Shown: positions 38,991 through 51,285, numbered from the stretch's first letter. The stretch is DNA of 64,000 nt from Scyliorhinus canicula (GCF_902713615.1 NC_052157.1:37009203-37073202), one strand, 5' to 3'. Translations and numbers: made by a program. Notes: a model not told the origin generated them from the sequence alone.

Positions 38991-40532
38991 GAGCCAGTGC
39001 AGAACAGATGGGCCGAATGGCCTCCATCTGCACTGTAAAGATTCTGTGATTCTGGATTGACTGATGGAGAAATTTCCTCTTGCACTACAAAGTGGAGATA
39101 CATTGAAATTATGCAAGAGGTGAAAACAAAGGAAAGGTTACTGGCACCAATTATGCAGCCCTGCTACATTTTCCCATGTTACAGCGTGGCCTGCTCTGGG
39201 GGAATAGGCTTCACTAGGGCTGGAGCTTCCACGGCACCGCAACCTATAATGAACCCAAGTTCGAAAAATTAGTACAAGTTGACTTTCACTGCTGCACAGA
39301 ATGTCATGTTGTACACTATTTCCATTACTTTCAAACTCCATGTGGGCCCTTTTTAAGACTTGCAAAGAACAGCACTAGAAAAGGGCCATAATCATTTGGG
39401 ATAAGTACCCATGCTGTCCTTACAGTGTTTTCTCCTCTAGGATAGTGTGAAGAGCAAATGTAAGCGATCGAGATAATATACGGAGATCAGATTGTTAGCT
39501 TCAGAACACGTGGAGAATTTGATTTGATTCCAATTCGGAAAGATGAGTTTTCAAATCAATTCTTTGTATACGCCTTTGGAAAGAACACAAGGAACATTTG
39601 GTTGGCATTAGTTATCGCTAAATAAACAGAAGATTTCCACCCGTGTAATTTTGTTTCAATGTGGTGTAAAAATTCTTCCATGGACGAGAGAGTTAATAAA
39701 CAACTGCTGCTAAAGCAGATTATTAATGGAATACAGTGTTGAACTAATTATGAAACTGTCCCGTCAGGCTTTAATAAACCTGTTGCACTACCACATTTTT
39801 TTGTTGATGCAAAAAAGGCAAACCGATGTGGGCTGATGGAACTGGTAAAACTGGACCTTGTTTACTTTTCTGTGAAGTGGCTGTGACAGCACAGTATGAA
39901 ACTTGAAACAGGGACTAATGTGTTGAAAGCCCTTGAGGAGCCCCTCAGGCCAAACTAATGTCTCGAGCTATGCTATGTGCAGCATTTAAGTCTGCTGTAG
40001 CGTCGTCTGGCATGTGTCTAAATCCTGTTTGGTTTTTGCATCATGATTACAATTTGCATAATTCATCTTAAAAAGGCAAAGCCAAAGTGTTAAGTGGTGC
40101 TTTAACCCTTGAAGAATTTTAATTTCCTTTGAACAAGTCACATTTCAAATGCATTTCGACGATTGAATGTTTCACTAAAATGGAGAAATTCCTCCTGCAA
40201 CCTTTGAAACGTCCGTCCTTCTCATCAACAGCCTTATTGATTACATTTCTATCTTAACACAGTATGTGTGAACACCGAGTTCAATTTCAATTTGTTTCTG
40301 AGTTTAGCTAAAAGGTGCCATATCAATGGTGGGAATCAGAAGAATGTGTACTCAGTGTCCAAACAAACTGCTTCAGGCCTACACCTGCTCCCATTTGGAA
40401 TTGGCTATATTTTCATTGCAGAGTCAGCCCATGTAAACAAGCCATTCAAACTGAAATATGTCCTGCAGTTCTGTGCGGTAGACACTGGGCATTGAACACA
40501 TGGGAATTCAGAGATGTGCATAACGTGATCAT

Positions 40533-40746
40533 TTAAAAAAATACATTTAGAGTACCCAATTCATTTTTTCCAATTAAAGGGCAATTTAGTGTGGCCAATC
40601 CATCTTTGGGTTGTGGGGGCGAAATGCACGCAAACACGGGGAGAATGTGCAAACTCCACACGGACAGTGACCTAGAGCCGGGATCGAACCTAGGACCTCG
40701 GCGCCGTGAGGAAACAGGGCTAACCCAGTGTGCCACCATGCAGCCC
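40533..40746 (-). mobile_element. tRNA-derived SINE, short form
   Basis: Reverse complement of the short A-tailed form. Confidence 0.9.
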
Positions 40747-40854
40747 TGCATAATGTGACCATGTGCTTGCTATGCATGTTGTCATGAAACCTAACACCAA
40801 TTGGACTGACGCCCACCCATATAATAATTGCTGGGTAAAGTAAAATAAAGGATT

Positions 40855-41590
40855 TTTAAAATATCAATTCAAGGATGTGGGCGTCACTGCTAGGCCAGCT
40901 TTCATTGCACATCCTTAACTGCCCTTGAGCAGGTGGTGGTGAGCTGCCTTCTTGAACTTCTGCAGTCCATGGGGTGTTGGTGCAGCCACAGTGCTGTAAG
41001 GGAGCGAGTTGCAGGATTTTGACACAGCGACCGTGAAGAACTGGCGACATAGTTCCAAGTCAGGTTGGTGAGTAACTTGGAGGGGAACCTGCAGGTCCTG
41101 GTGTTCCCAGGCATCATGTGGGCAGCACGGTAGCACAGTGGTTAGCACTATGGCTTCAAAGCACCAGGGTCACAGGTTTGGGTCACTGTCTCTGTGGAGT
41201 CTGCATGTTTTCCCATGCCTGCATGGGTTTACTCCAGGTGCTCCGGTTTCCTCCGAAAAGTCCCAAACGATGTGCTGTTAGGTGAATTGGACATTCTGAA
41301 TTCTCCCTCTGTGTACCTGAACAGGTGCCGGAATGTGGCGATTTGGGGCTTTTCACAGTAGCTTCACTGCAGTGTTAATGTAAGCCTACTTGTGACAATA
41401 AAGATTATTATTATGCACTTGCCCTTCTGGATTGTATTGGTCGTAGGTTTGGAAGGTGCTGTCTGACCTCCTGCAGTGCTACTTGTAGATGGTGCACATG
41501 GCTGCTACTTGTGGTGGACAGAGTGAATATTTGTGCGGGCTGGTTTGCCCTGGACAGTGTCAACCTTCTTGAGTGTTGGTGGAGCTGCAT
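40855..41590 (-). mobile_element. L2 LINE 3' fragment with nested SINE (41120-41413, +)
   Basis: Translation TPHGLQKFKKAAHHHLLKG is an L2-type C-terminus; SINE with (ATT)n tail inside. Confidence 0.75.
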
Positions 41591-41594
41591 TTAG

Positions 41595-42008
41595 GGGCAG
41601 CACTGTGGCACAGTGGTTAGCACTGCTGCCTCACGCCACCGAGGACCCGGATTTGATCCCAGCCCTGGGTCACTATGCATGTGGAGTTTGCACATTCTCC
41701 CCGAGTCTGCGTGGGTCTCATACCCACAACCAAAAGATGTGCAGGGTAGGTGGATTGGCCATGCTAAATTGCCACTGAATGGGGCAGCATGGTGGCGCAG
41801 TGGATAGTACTGCCGCCTCACGGCACCAAGGTCCCAGGTTCGATCCCGGCTCTGGGTCACTGTCCGTGTGGAGTTTGCACATTCCCCCCCCCGTGTTTGC
41901 GTGGGTTTCGCCCCCACAACCCAAAGATGTGCAGTGTAGGTGGATTGGCCATGCTAAATTGCCCCTTAATTGGAAAAAAATGAATTGGGTACACTAAATT
42001 AAAAAAAA
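41595..42008 (+). mobile_element. Two tandem tRNA-derived SINEs
   Basis: Heads at ~41595 and ~41782; tail duplicated at 42018-42065. Confidence 0.9.
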
Positions 42009-42128
42009 TAGAAATGACCCCTTAATTGGAAAAGAATGAATCGGGTACTTTTAGATTAAAAAAAAGCAGCTGCATTCAACCAGGAAAGAAGGGAGTATTC
42101 CATCACACTCCGGACTTGTAGACAGGCT

Positions 42129-42161
<33 letters not shown>

Positions 42162-42659
42162 CAGCAGGGGAGTTAATTGCCACAGAATTCCTAGCCTCTG
42201 ATGTTGAGATGATCCAACCCCATACCGGATAATTTGTATAAATTGGGTTAATTTTATCTGCTTGGTTATAACTGTACGTTTTCTTTATTGGCGAATATGA
42301 GGATTTAAAATAGCATTTTATGCCATGCGGTAGGTCAGGCCACAGGTTAGTGGAAGCAAATGAAAGATCTGTAAAAGGTTTAGAGGCAGGCAATTTGGTT
42401 GGTGTCAATTTTAAGGACCGCCTGTCAAGAGAGGCTCAGAGAGATGCAACTTTATTTTACTTCAGAAAAGCATAGATGTGAAGGGGTATGACTGAAGTCT
42501 TTAAACTAACGAAGGGTGGCCTGGTGTGTGGGATGTGAGGCTGGTTGGGTCACATGCTAGGCTGGGTGGGTTGCATGCGACCGTCCATCGTAGTTTAATA
42601 ACCCAGTGGGATGACTGTCAATATTTTTTGCTTGACTTTGGGTTCTCTTACATTATTAA

Positions 42660-42915
42660 CCAAATGGCACATGGCACTATTTGGAAGAAGAGGAAGGAAG
42701 TTATCCAAGATGTCTTGATTGATATTTATCCCTCTATCAACAGCACTGAAACAGATTATCTGATCATTGTTACATTGGGGTTTGAGAAGATTTGTCACAT
42801 ATAAAATGGCTGCAGGATTTCTTCCATCACATCCGTGACAACACTTCAAAAGGACTTCATTGTTTGAATTGCACGCTTGTAATGTTGAGATTGGTGCTGC
42901 ATAAACATAATACTT
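42660..42915 (+). mobile_element. DeuSINE-like relic (Deu domain + tail)
   Basis: ATGGCACTATTTGGAAGAAGAG..ATATTTATCCCTC..AAACAGATTATCTGATCATT..ACACTTCAAAAGGACTTCATTG resembles the AmnSINE1/SacSINE1 core (recalled). Confidence 0.65.
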
Positions 42916-44728
42916 CCTGATTTTTAAATCACGTTTTACCGTGAACCTTAATCCAAACTGTGCCAAAGTTATTGGCAGAAGTTAAAATCAGTCCGAGAGC
43001 TGTACTCACCTGAACAAAAAAAAGAACTGCGATTTCCCATGTTTGCAACTGATGAAATTTTACACAAAACTATTGATTCTTATCTGTGGGTTTTAATGAA
43101 GAGGAGTTCGATGACTGTTGCTTGTTTCTGAATACAAGCTTGTACTGGGACAGAAGAGCAGTTGTGATTCAACCCCTGCACCCAGATGAAGAACAGAACA
43201 GTGTGGAACAGAAGAGATTCAATAAAATGATAGATATGGCATGAATCAATGTTTAAAATATGATGACTAATATAAAAGCTTCAATTTTAACCTCACCCAA
43301 TGTAGTGAGAATGATTCGGGATGCAGGACTGTTACAATATGGTAATCAAGAAACCCGATCCTGTTTATATTGGCAGAGCCTCCATGACTCTGGTCTTACC
43401 CAACAACTGAACTTCCCCACTGCACCCTACCCCTCACCCCTGTTCATATTGGGGCCAAAGAACTAGCACGTATTGATGAATATTTGACCTGTCTCCAGCA
43501 CTAAGTGGGGTACTGCAATTTTAAATTAAATTTAAAAGATCGATTGCCTCAAGACATTTGCTGATGCGTTTTTGTAAACAGAATGTTGCACAGACCAAAT
43601 TCACCCCTTGGGCTTTTTGGTCTCTTTCAGTTCAACTCGTTTGCAATCACAATTTATTTGTACCAAACGTGTCTTTACTTATTAAGTGAAAGATTGACAG
43701 GGGAGGGAAGCATGCCCTGCTGATGTTATCTGCAAGCTCAATGTTGTGATTAAATTCATTGTATGTATCTGCTGGCAATGAGGGCTGAATCACTGAAATA
43801 CACCAGAGATCAAATTGGGCGGGAAAAGCTATTAGAGCTGATTTTAGAATGTGTGGTAGGCTACACACGGTCCAATGTCATAATGAGGATTCAGCTGGCT
43901 ACTGCCTTATTGCTAGCCTCCATATGTTTAATTTTCCAATGCCATTAACCCTCTAAAATTTGCACCGGTGTTCCTGTTGTATAAGCGATTGGAAAGAATG
44001 AGAAACTGCATCAAGGGATGATAAGCATCGAAGGAGAGGAATATTCTGTGTACAAATCCTAATCAAACTCTCTTTTTAATTTAATTTCCAACAGCCACAT
44101 GTTATTGTTCTATTTACATTTATTAATTTATTGAGAACTATTTGTCATGTATTTTGGTCACATTAATTTTTATTCTGACTTCGTCCTGCTCACAAATTGC
44201 CTCAGTCCCTCCTAAGCCTCTCTCCTGCTCCCAGGCACAGCCTAACATCTCCACTCTCTGTGCTCATTCCCGCCATCCGGACCCTATCTGTTGTGTCAGG
44301 CCATACTCCGTCACCCAGGCATACTCTGAATCCTGGAATGCTCCTTGTCCCAGCTTCTCCCATTACTCCCACCTCTTGGCGGGGATAGGAATGGAAAGGT
44401 CACAGCTTGGGATCGGCACATACACACAAAATTATTGAAATAAAGGCCAGTCACTGCTTCTAAGGGATTGACCAGTTTTGTGGTTATCAGAGAGTCTACG
44501 GGCGCTATTAGCCCGCAATCGGCGGGATGGCCCAACACTGGCGCCAAGAATGGCGCAAACCACTCCGGAGTCAGGCCACCCGGAACGTCAGGAAACCTCC
44601 GACCTGGAAGGGGCTAGCAGCGGCGTGACGCCAATCACCACTGCGTCACCCATCACAGACGCACGCACCGTCATTGACGCCATGCGGCGTCGCAGCATAA
44701 AAGACGACACCGCCGGAGACCCAACAAA

Positions 44729-46916
44729 ATGGCCACCCGCCGCGCAGCGCCTAGATTCCAGGAGCGGGACATCGAGCCGCTCCTGGACGCAGTGGAGCAA
44801 AGGAGGGAGGCCCTGTACCCCGGACATGGCTGCAAGGTTGCACCTCACCTCAGCCGCCATCTGTGGAGGGAGGTGGCAGAGGCCGTCAGCGCCGTGACCG
44901 TATCAGCCAGGACAGGCATCCAATGCCACAAGAAGGTCAATGACCTTGTCAGGGCAGCCAGGGTGAGTACCCCCCCCCCCCCATTCTCACCCCCCCTCAC
45001 CCAAGGTTGGGTGGCACAGCGCCAGCTAAAACCGACATGGCTGCACCCATCCATGCAGGCTGCATTGGCAGGATGGGGTGTGAACCTATGCCAACATTCA
45101 ACTGCATCAGGTCCGCCTAATACTGTTGCCCTTTATCTCTGACATCCTCCCCCCCCCCAACACCCTACAGGAGTAGCACGCTCATAACAACTGGGAGTGT
45201 GAGAGGACCGGAGGGGGTCCACCTGAATTGCGCCCCCTCACCGTTCATGAAGACAGGGCCCTGGACCTTGCAGGCGGACCCGAGGACCGGGAGGTTGCGG
45301 ATGCAGAGGTCGGGGGCGCAGTACCAAGTGAGACCTCCCACTTCCTGTCCCCCTTCCCCCCCTCCCCTTTCCCCCCGTCCCCCCCTCCCCCTCTTCCCCT
45401 CATCCCCCTTTCCCCATCCCCAACTGCGTGTCTAACCATGCATGCTATATGTGTATTGCAGGACCAAACGGTGACCCATCTGTCCCTGTGGATGCCGACT
45501 GCCACCAGGACGTGCCAGGGCGCCCACGAGACAGGGATAGACCCGGGCTGTCAGGCATACGATTCCCCCAACCAGTGCCAGGGCGCCCACGAGCCAGGGA
45601 TAGACCCGGACCGTCAGGCGTACGCCGCCCCTGTCTAGTGCCAGTGCGGCGACGCTGGAGGGCCACACCCAGCGACAGGGAGGGCAGCCACACCAACAGG
45701 CCCCCGTCCCAGTCGACCCAAGACACTGACACACAGGGCACAACCACCCAGGACACCTACAGACAGGACACAACCACCAAGGACACCCGCACACAGGACA
45801 CAACCACCCAGGACACCCACACACAGGACACAACCACCCAGGACACCCACACACAGGCCACAACTACCCAGGACACCCACATATAGGACACACCCACCCA
45901 GGACACTTACACACAGGACACTGACACACAGGACACAACCACCCAGGACACCCGCACACAGGACACAACCACCCAATACACCCACACACAGGACACAACC
46001 ACCCAGGACACCCGCACACAGGACACAACCACCCAATACACCCACACACAGGACACAACCACCCAGGACACCCACACTCAGGCCACAACTACCCAGGACA
46101 CCCACATATAGGACACACCCACCCAGGACACCTACACACAGGACACTGACACACAGGACACGACCACACAGGACACTGACACACAGTCACCCACACACAG
46201 GACACAACCACCCAGGACATCCACACACAGGGGACGGATGGACAGGAATCACCACTCCAGGGGACCCCGGACTTCGGGTCGGATGAGGAGCTTGACGTTA
46301 AGCCACTGCTATCTCCTACACCTCCACCATCGCAGAGACTCTCAGCTCAGTTGGGCACTTTAGTGATGAGGCTTCTGGTACACTAACTGGTGCGCACAAC
46401 ACAGCTGTCCCGGTAGAGCAGGTGGAGGCAGGAGCAGCCGAGGGGCCGGACGGTCGGATGGCAGCCTGGCCCCAGCAACCATCTACCGCCCAGACGGGAG
46501 TTAAAACACCCACCCATAGACCCAATGCAGTCACGAACCCAGGGACGATCGAAGGGGGTGACGGCCGGCTTGCAGCAGCTGCAGACACAGATTGAGGAGT
46601 CCACCTGCGTCCAGGAGCAGGGAATGGTGCCAGACATGTGTGCCACCCAGGCCGAAAACGCACGGGTGGCGTCTGCAGTGGAGGCAATGGGTGCGACGGT
46701 GTCACACATGGGGAGCAGTATGCAAGGCCATCCCAGTTGCCTGAGCCACAGCCTGGCCCATCCAGGCCGGGCCGACCCAGGAAATGGCTGCCAAAGGGGT
46801 CCCTAGTCACAGGGCAGGAATCACAGGAGTCCACCTCCAGTTCTGCTGTACCATCTGGGGAACCACCTCGACGTAGTCATCGGGCCCGTAAGGCCAAAAA
46901 ATTAGACAATGAGTAA
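44729..46916 (+). pseudogene. Harbinger Myb/SANT-like DNA-binding protein gene, 3 exons (44729-44962, 45171-45327, 45462-46916)
   Basis: MATRRAAPRFQERDIEPLLDAVEQRREALY..LWREVAEAVSAV..RTGIQCHKKVNDL|E*HAHNNWECERTGGGPPELRPLT.HEDRAL. GT-AG introns in phase 0 and 1 join the frames; nonsense codons and frameshifts present. Confidence 0.85.
45720..46230 (+). repeat. 15/30-bp tandem repeat inside Myb exon 3 (TTTQDTHTQD)n
   Basis: ACACAGGACACAACCACCCAGGACACCCAC units. Confidence 0.92.
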
Positions 46917-47536
46917 GTTGGCACGGGTGCAGGGCACATACTAGTTATAGGGGCGAGGGCACATATATGAACTGGTTGTCATGTAAAGCACTTTCACACC
47001 TACAGAAGCTGCATCTGTGCTCTGTCCGAGTCATGCGGGAGTGGGGTGTGAGATGAGCACCAGTGTGTGTGTGAGGGGTGATAGAACAGCGAGCTCAGGT
47101 GAGTGTGCGCACCCCATCCTGTTCCCCGGATCGTCCTCGCCCCCCCCCCCCCCCCCCCCCCCCCTGAGGAGACGACGGGACCGCGCACTGCAAGGCCACA
47201 TGCAGGGACAGTCCAGGTGGAGGGTGTTACTGTAGCCATGAGTCACAACATTGTCTAACAATGTAGAGCCCAGAACTCATCGCAGAGTGGGTTGTCATCA
47301 TCCTCCATGGCATGCAATAGACCCGCTTCCACTGGAGAGCATGTGAGCCCTGCCCGTTGTGCTGCAGGTGGATGTGCAATGGAGGGGTGTTGTGCACGCG
47401 GGTGATGCGGTGGTGGGCGGGGTGAGGATGATTGGTGGTGAGCGGGGTGAGGGTGGTAGGCTGGTGCCGTACTGTGCTGTCCGTGCCCATACTCGACGAT
47501 TCCCACAGCCCCCCTAGTCTGTGAACCGTGTGGCTA

Positions 47537-48789
47537 TCAACCCGTTCCGTGCCCGCTGGCCCAGCCGGTAACGGTGGGCAGCCTCCCGTCCCTGTCCAGC
47601 TCATCTGTCCTGTACATTGCCCCCATCCTCCTCATCTGCCCTTCGTTGTGTTGCTCCTCCCCCTTCTCCTCCTCTGCCTCCAGCACATTGCCCCTCTGCT
47701 GAGCTATGTTGAGCAGGCGCAGCAGACCACAAAGATGCGGTCGACCCTCTTCAACGGATACGGGAGGGCCACTCCAGAGTGGTCCAGGCACCTGAAGAAC
47801 ATCTTCAGTAGCACAAAGCACCTCTCGACCACACCCCTGGTCGCTGCATGGGCATCGTTGTAGCGGTTCTGCGCGTCGGTCTGTGGCCTCCGTATAGGTG
47901 TCATCAGCCACGACCACAAGGGGTAATCCTGGTCGCCCAGCAACCAGCCCCTCAGCCAGTCCCTTCAACATGGCGGGGATGAATGATTGTGCCAATATGA
48001 ACGAGGCATGCACACTGCCCAGGTACCGGGCGCAGATGTGCTGGAGCTTCATGCGGTGGTCACAGACCACCTGGATGTTCATGGAGTAGGTCCCCTTCCT
48101 GTTTGTGAACATAGCCCTGTTATCCGCTGGTGGCAGAACGGTGACGTGCATCCCCTCGATCGCCCCCTGCACCATGGGCATCCTGGCCACAGCAGCAAAG
48201 TCCTCTGCGCGGGCATCCTGGTGGGCGTGGTTCACAGGGAACTGGACGTAGCGGTCTGCGGTGTCGCACAGGGCGTCAGTCACTGCACGGATGCACCTGT
48301 GCACTGATTTTTGGGAGATGCCGGACAGGTCCCCATTCAGCGACTGGAACGACCCCGTGGCATAGAAGTTCAGGGCCACTGTAACCTTGACAGCCACGGG
48401 GAGAGGGTGTCCTCCCCCAGTGCCATGCGGTGCAAGGTGTGCCATCAGGTGGCAGATATGGTCGACGGTTTCCTGGCTCATCCTGAGTCTCCTCCTGCAT
48501 GCCCGGTCTGTGAGGTCCTGGTATAACGTGCGGCACCGGTACACACGAGGCCTCACGGGCGCCTCCGTCCCCGTGGCACCACCACCTCCTCCTCATCCTC
48601 CTCCTCCTCGTCCTGTCGAGCGGGCGGTTCTCCAGCCTGGGCGGCTGCCACCTGCCTCCCTGCGGCACGCTCCCCTGCGGCAGCCTCCGCCGCCTCCCTG
48701 GGACACGCCTGCTCCAGGTCACACAGGGCAACATGTAGATGAGCGGCTCCCACCATGGCGGCCAACATCACTGGGTGATACCCAAACAT
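47537..48789 (-). pseudogene. Harbinger (HARBI1-like) DDE transposase, frameshifted
   Basis: RPRVYR..RRRLRMS..VTVALNFYATGSFQ..GISQKSVHRCI (HTH), GAIEGMHV, NRKGTYSMNIQVVCD, LGDQDYPL..LMTP..RYNDAH..VVERCF.LLK.FFRCL. Confidence 0.93.
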
Positions 48790-49269
48790 AATGGTCTACA
48801 GGGGGTGGGGGGTGGGATAGATGGCATGTCATCATTGCGCATAGCCCCCTCTGAAGCCAGGTGCCATGGGCTGCATGGTTGCAACTGTTGCCAGCTGGCA
48901 GCTGGCCAGGCATCGTTTCCCCATCCCAGGCACTCCCCTCCATGGCACTCCCATCCCCGGCACTCCGGTCCCTGGCACTCCGATGCCTGGCACCCCCAAT
49001 CCCCTCCCCACGCAAACCTCAGCCCCCTGCCCCCCCCCCCCCCCTCCCCCCCGCCCCACCCCGGCACCGACCACGATCACCGGCATGCAACCTGGGCCTT
49101 CGGCCCTGGCGAGCACCCTCCACCGGCACCCGCGCCCCCCCCCCCCCCCCACACCCCACCCTCCCCACCTATGGCCGTGATGTCTCCTCTCCGGTGGCCA
49201 TCCCACACCGACCACTACCTCCGTGCTCGCCAGCACGACTGGTTAACGCAATTAAAAAGCTTGTTTATA

Positions 49270-49493
49270 GGCAGCACGGTGGCGCAGTGTGTTAGCCCTA
49301 CAGCCTCACAGTGCCGAGGTCCCAGGTTCATTCCCGGCTCTGGGTCACTGTCCGTGTGCAGTTTGCACATTCTCCCCGTGTTTGCATGGGTTTCATCCCC
49401 ACAGCCCAAAGATGTGCAGGCTAGGTTGATTGGCCATGCTAAATTGCCCCTTAATTGGAAAAAATGAATTGGGTACACAACATTTATGAAAAA
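49270..49493 (+). mobile_element. tRNA-derived SINE, short form
   Basis: TSD AAAAGCTTGTTTA. Confidence 0.92.
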
Positions 49494-49740
49494 AAAAGCT
49501 TGTTTAATTTTGTTATGTTGTTTAATGGGCAGCACGGTAGTTTTCTACGCTCACATTAAAAGCATCGAGCCTCCTGAAGGTTGGCACTTTTAAATCTGTT
49601 CTGACCTTGCTCCTCATTAGTGAGATTCAGTCGTGGTTTGGATGTCCAGAATTGCCCTCTGTATTTCTGTTTTTCCTCATCGCCAGTATTACAATCACAG
49701 GAATCCCGAGAAGGATTCAACAGAAAGATTTATTCAACAA

Positions 49741-50087
49741 GGGCAGCACGGTAGCATGGTGGTTAGCATAAATGCTTCACAGCTCCAGGGTCCCAGGTTC
49801 GATTCCCGGCTGGGTCACTGTCTGTGCGGAGTCTGCACGTCCTCCCCGTGTGTGCGTGGGTTTTCTCCGGGTGCTCCGGTTTCCTCCCACAGTCCAAAGA
49901 TGTGCGGGTTAGGTGGATTGGCCATGCTAAATTGCCCGTAGTGTCCTAATAAAGTAAGGTTGGGGGGGGGGTTGTTGGGTTACAGGTATAGGGTGGATAC
50001 GTGGGTTTGAGTAGGGTGATCATGGCTCGGCACAACATCGAGGGCCGAAGGGCCTGTTCTGTGCTGTACTGTTCTATGTTCTATGTT
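49741..50087 (+). mobile_element. tRNA-derived SINE, long form
   Basis: Head, body and tail ending (GTTCTAT)n. Confidence 0.92.
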
Positions 50088-50624
50088 ACGCCGGCATGAC
50101 TTGTGGTCTCGTCGGCGGGACATCGGCCCATCCGGGCTGGAGATTTGGAGCAGCCCCGGGGGGAGGGGTTCACGCTGCCCCCTCAGGGATTCTCCGACCC
50201 GGCGGGGAATCGGAGAATGCCGCCTCTAGTCCTCAATCTAGCTCCGCAAGAATAAGAAGAAAGAATGGCATACAGAAGGAATAAATGTGTAAAACATACA
50301 TAGGGAATGACAAGGGTTCAGTCAGGCAGGATCTCAACTATGTGGTTGGGTAACTCGTGTGTTACTGAGTTGGTAGCCAATCTTCCATCTCTCATTTTTT
50401 CCATGAAAAGAAAAATCAGAAGAGATATGAAACAGTTTGTTAACTCGCATTTTACATTATCGCACACGGTACACCATTTATCCCAGTGTGTGGACAGCAT
50501 TGGAAGATGTACAGAGAGAAATAGAAAGTGATATAAAGAGGTGCTATGTGTTCTTGCCTTTTGGTTCCCCAGACTTTGTTAATAGTCATACTTTAAGCTT
50601 TGAAAGATCAGAGCTTTTTAGCTT

Positions 50625-50980
50625 GGGGACGCAGTGGCGCAGTAGTATTGTCACTGGACTAGTAATTCCGAGACCCAGGGTAATATTTTGGGGACCCAGG
50701 TTTGAATCCCACCACAGCACCTGAATTTTATCGAATTCAATAAAAATCTGCAATTTAAAGTCTAATGATGGCCATGAAGCCATTGACTGCTGTCATTTTT
50801 TTTTTTAAATCCATCTGGTTCACCAGTGTCCCTTCGGGAAGGAAACGTGCCGTTTTTGTCTGGTCTGGCCTACATGTGACTCCAGATACACAGCAATGTG
50901 ACTCTTAAATGCTCCCTTAAGGAAAATTATGGATACGCAATAAATACTGGCCCAGCCAGCGATACCCATATGCCAGGAAA
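50625..50980 (+). mobile_element. tRNA-headed SINE with L2-like tail
   Basis: GCAGTGGCGCAGTAGTATTGTCACTGGACTAG..GGTTTGAATCCC head; tail GCAATAAATACTGGCCCAGCCAGCGATACCCA resembles the L2 ends at 32320-32370. Confidence 0.75.
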
Positions 50981-51285
50981 GATTTTTTTTAAAAATTAGT
51001 TCATAATTCTTTACGGATAATCTAACAAAACATAATAAGAGGAGAGAAAACATGTGCAGGAATACATTAGTAGAGTGAGGTAAAAAGACAAGGGTAAAAT
51101 TTGACTGGTGACAACAGGTGATTGCAAATTGACAGTCTGTTTTACACCGAGCCTGATTTTCGATTCCATTGACTTCAAGGTGTTTCACTCCCACAGAGGG
51201 AAGATGAGAGTGGAAAAAACCTTGAAGGGCACAAATAGAAATATACAGGGGAACGAAGAAACGGGGTGAAGGAAACGGGGTGAAG

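Larger units (their letters stand above)
44500..50225. mobile_element. PIF/Harbinger DNA transposon, autonomous-type, degenerate
   Basis: Convergent Myb/SANT gene (+) and DDE transposase (-). TIR-like ends GGGCGCTATTAGCC (44500) and GGAGAATGCCGCCT (50212-50225). TSD not resolved, right boundary less certain. Confidence 0.85.

Noticed and set aside
42131-42160. G30 run and other poly-C/G tracts as functional G-quadruplexes
   Set aside because: Such homopolymers recur throughout repeats here, their lengths are assembly-sensitive, and there is no contextual support
45720-46230. CRISPR-like array or Cys-rich (CPVCGC)n metalloprotein on the minus strand
   Set aside because: Vertebrate tandem repeat with no unique spacers; the Cys-rich ORFs are the antisense reading of the Thr-rich repeat
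47537-48789. Host HARBI1 gene
   Set aside because: Frameshifted, catalytic Asp altered, paired with a Myb gene inside TIR-like ends: a transposon copy, not the domesticated gene
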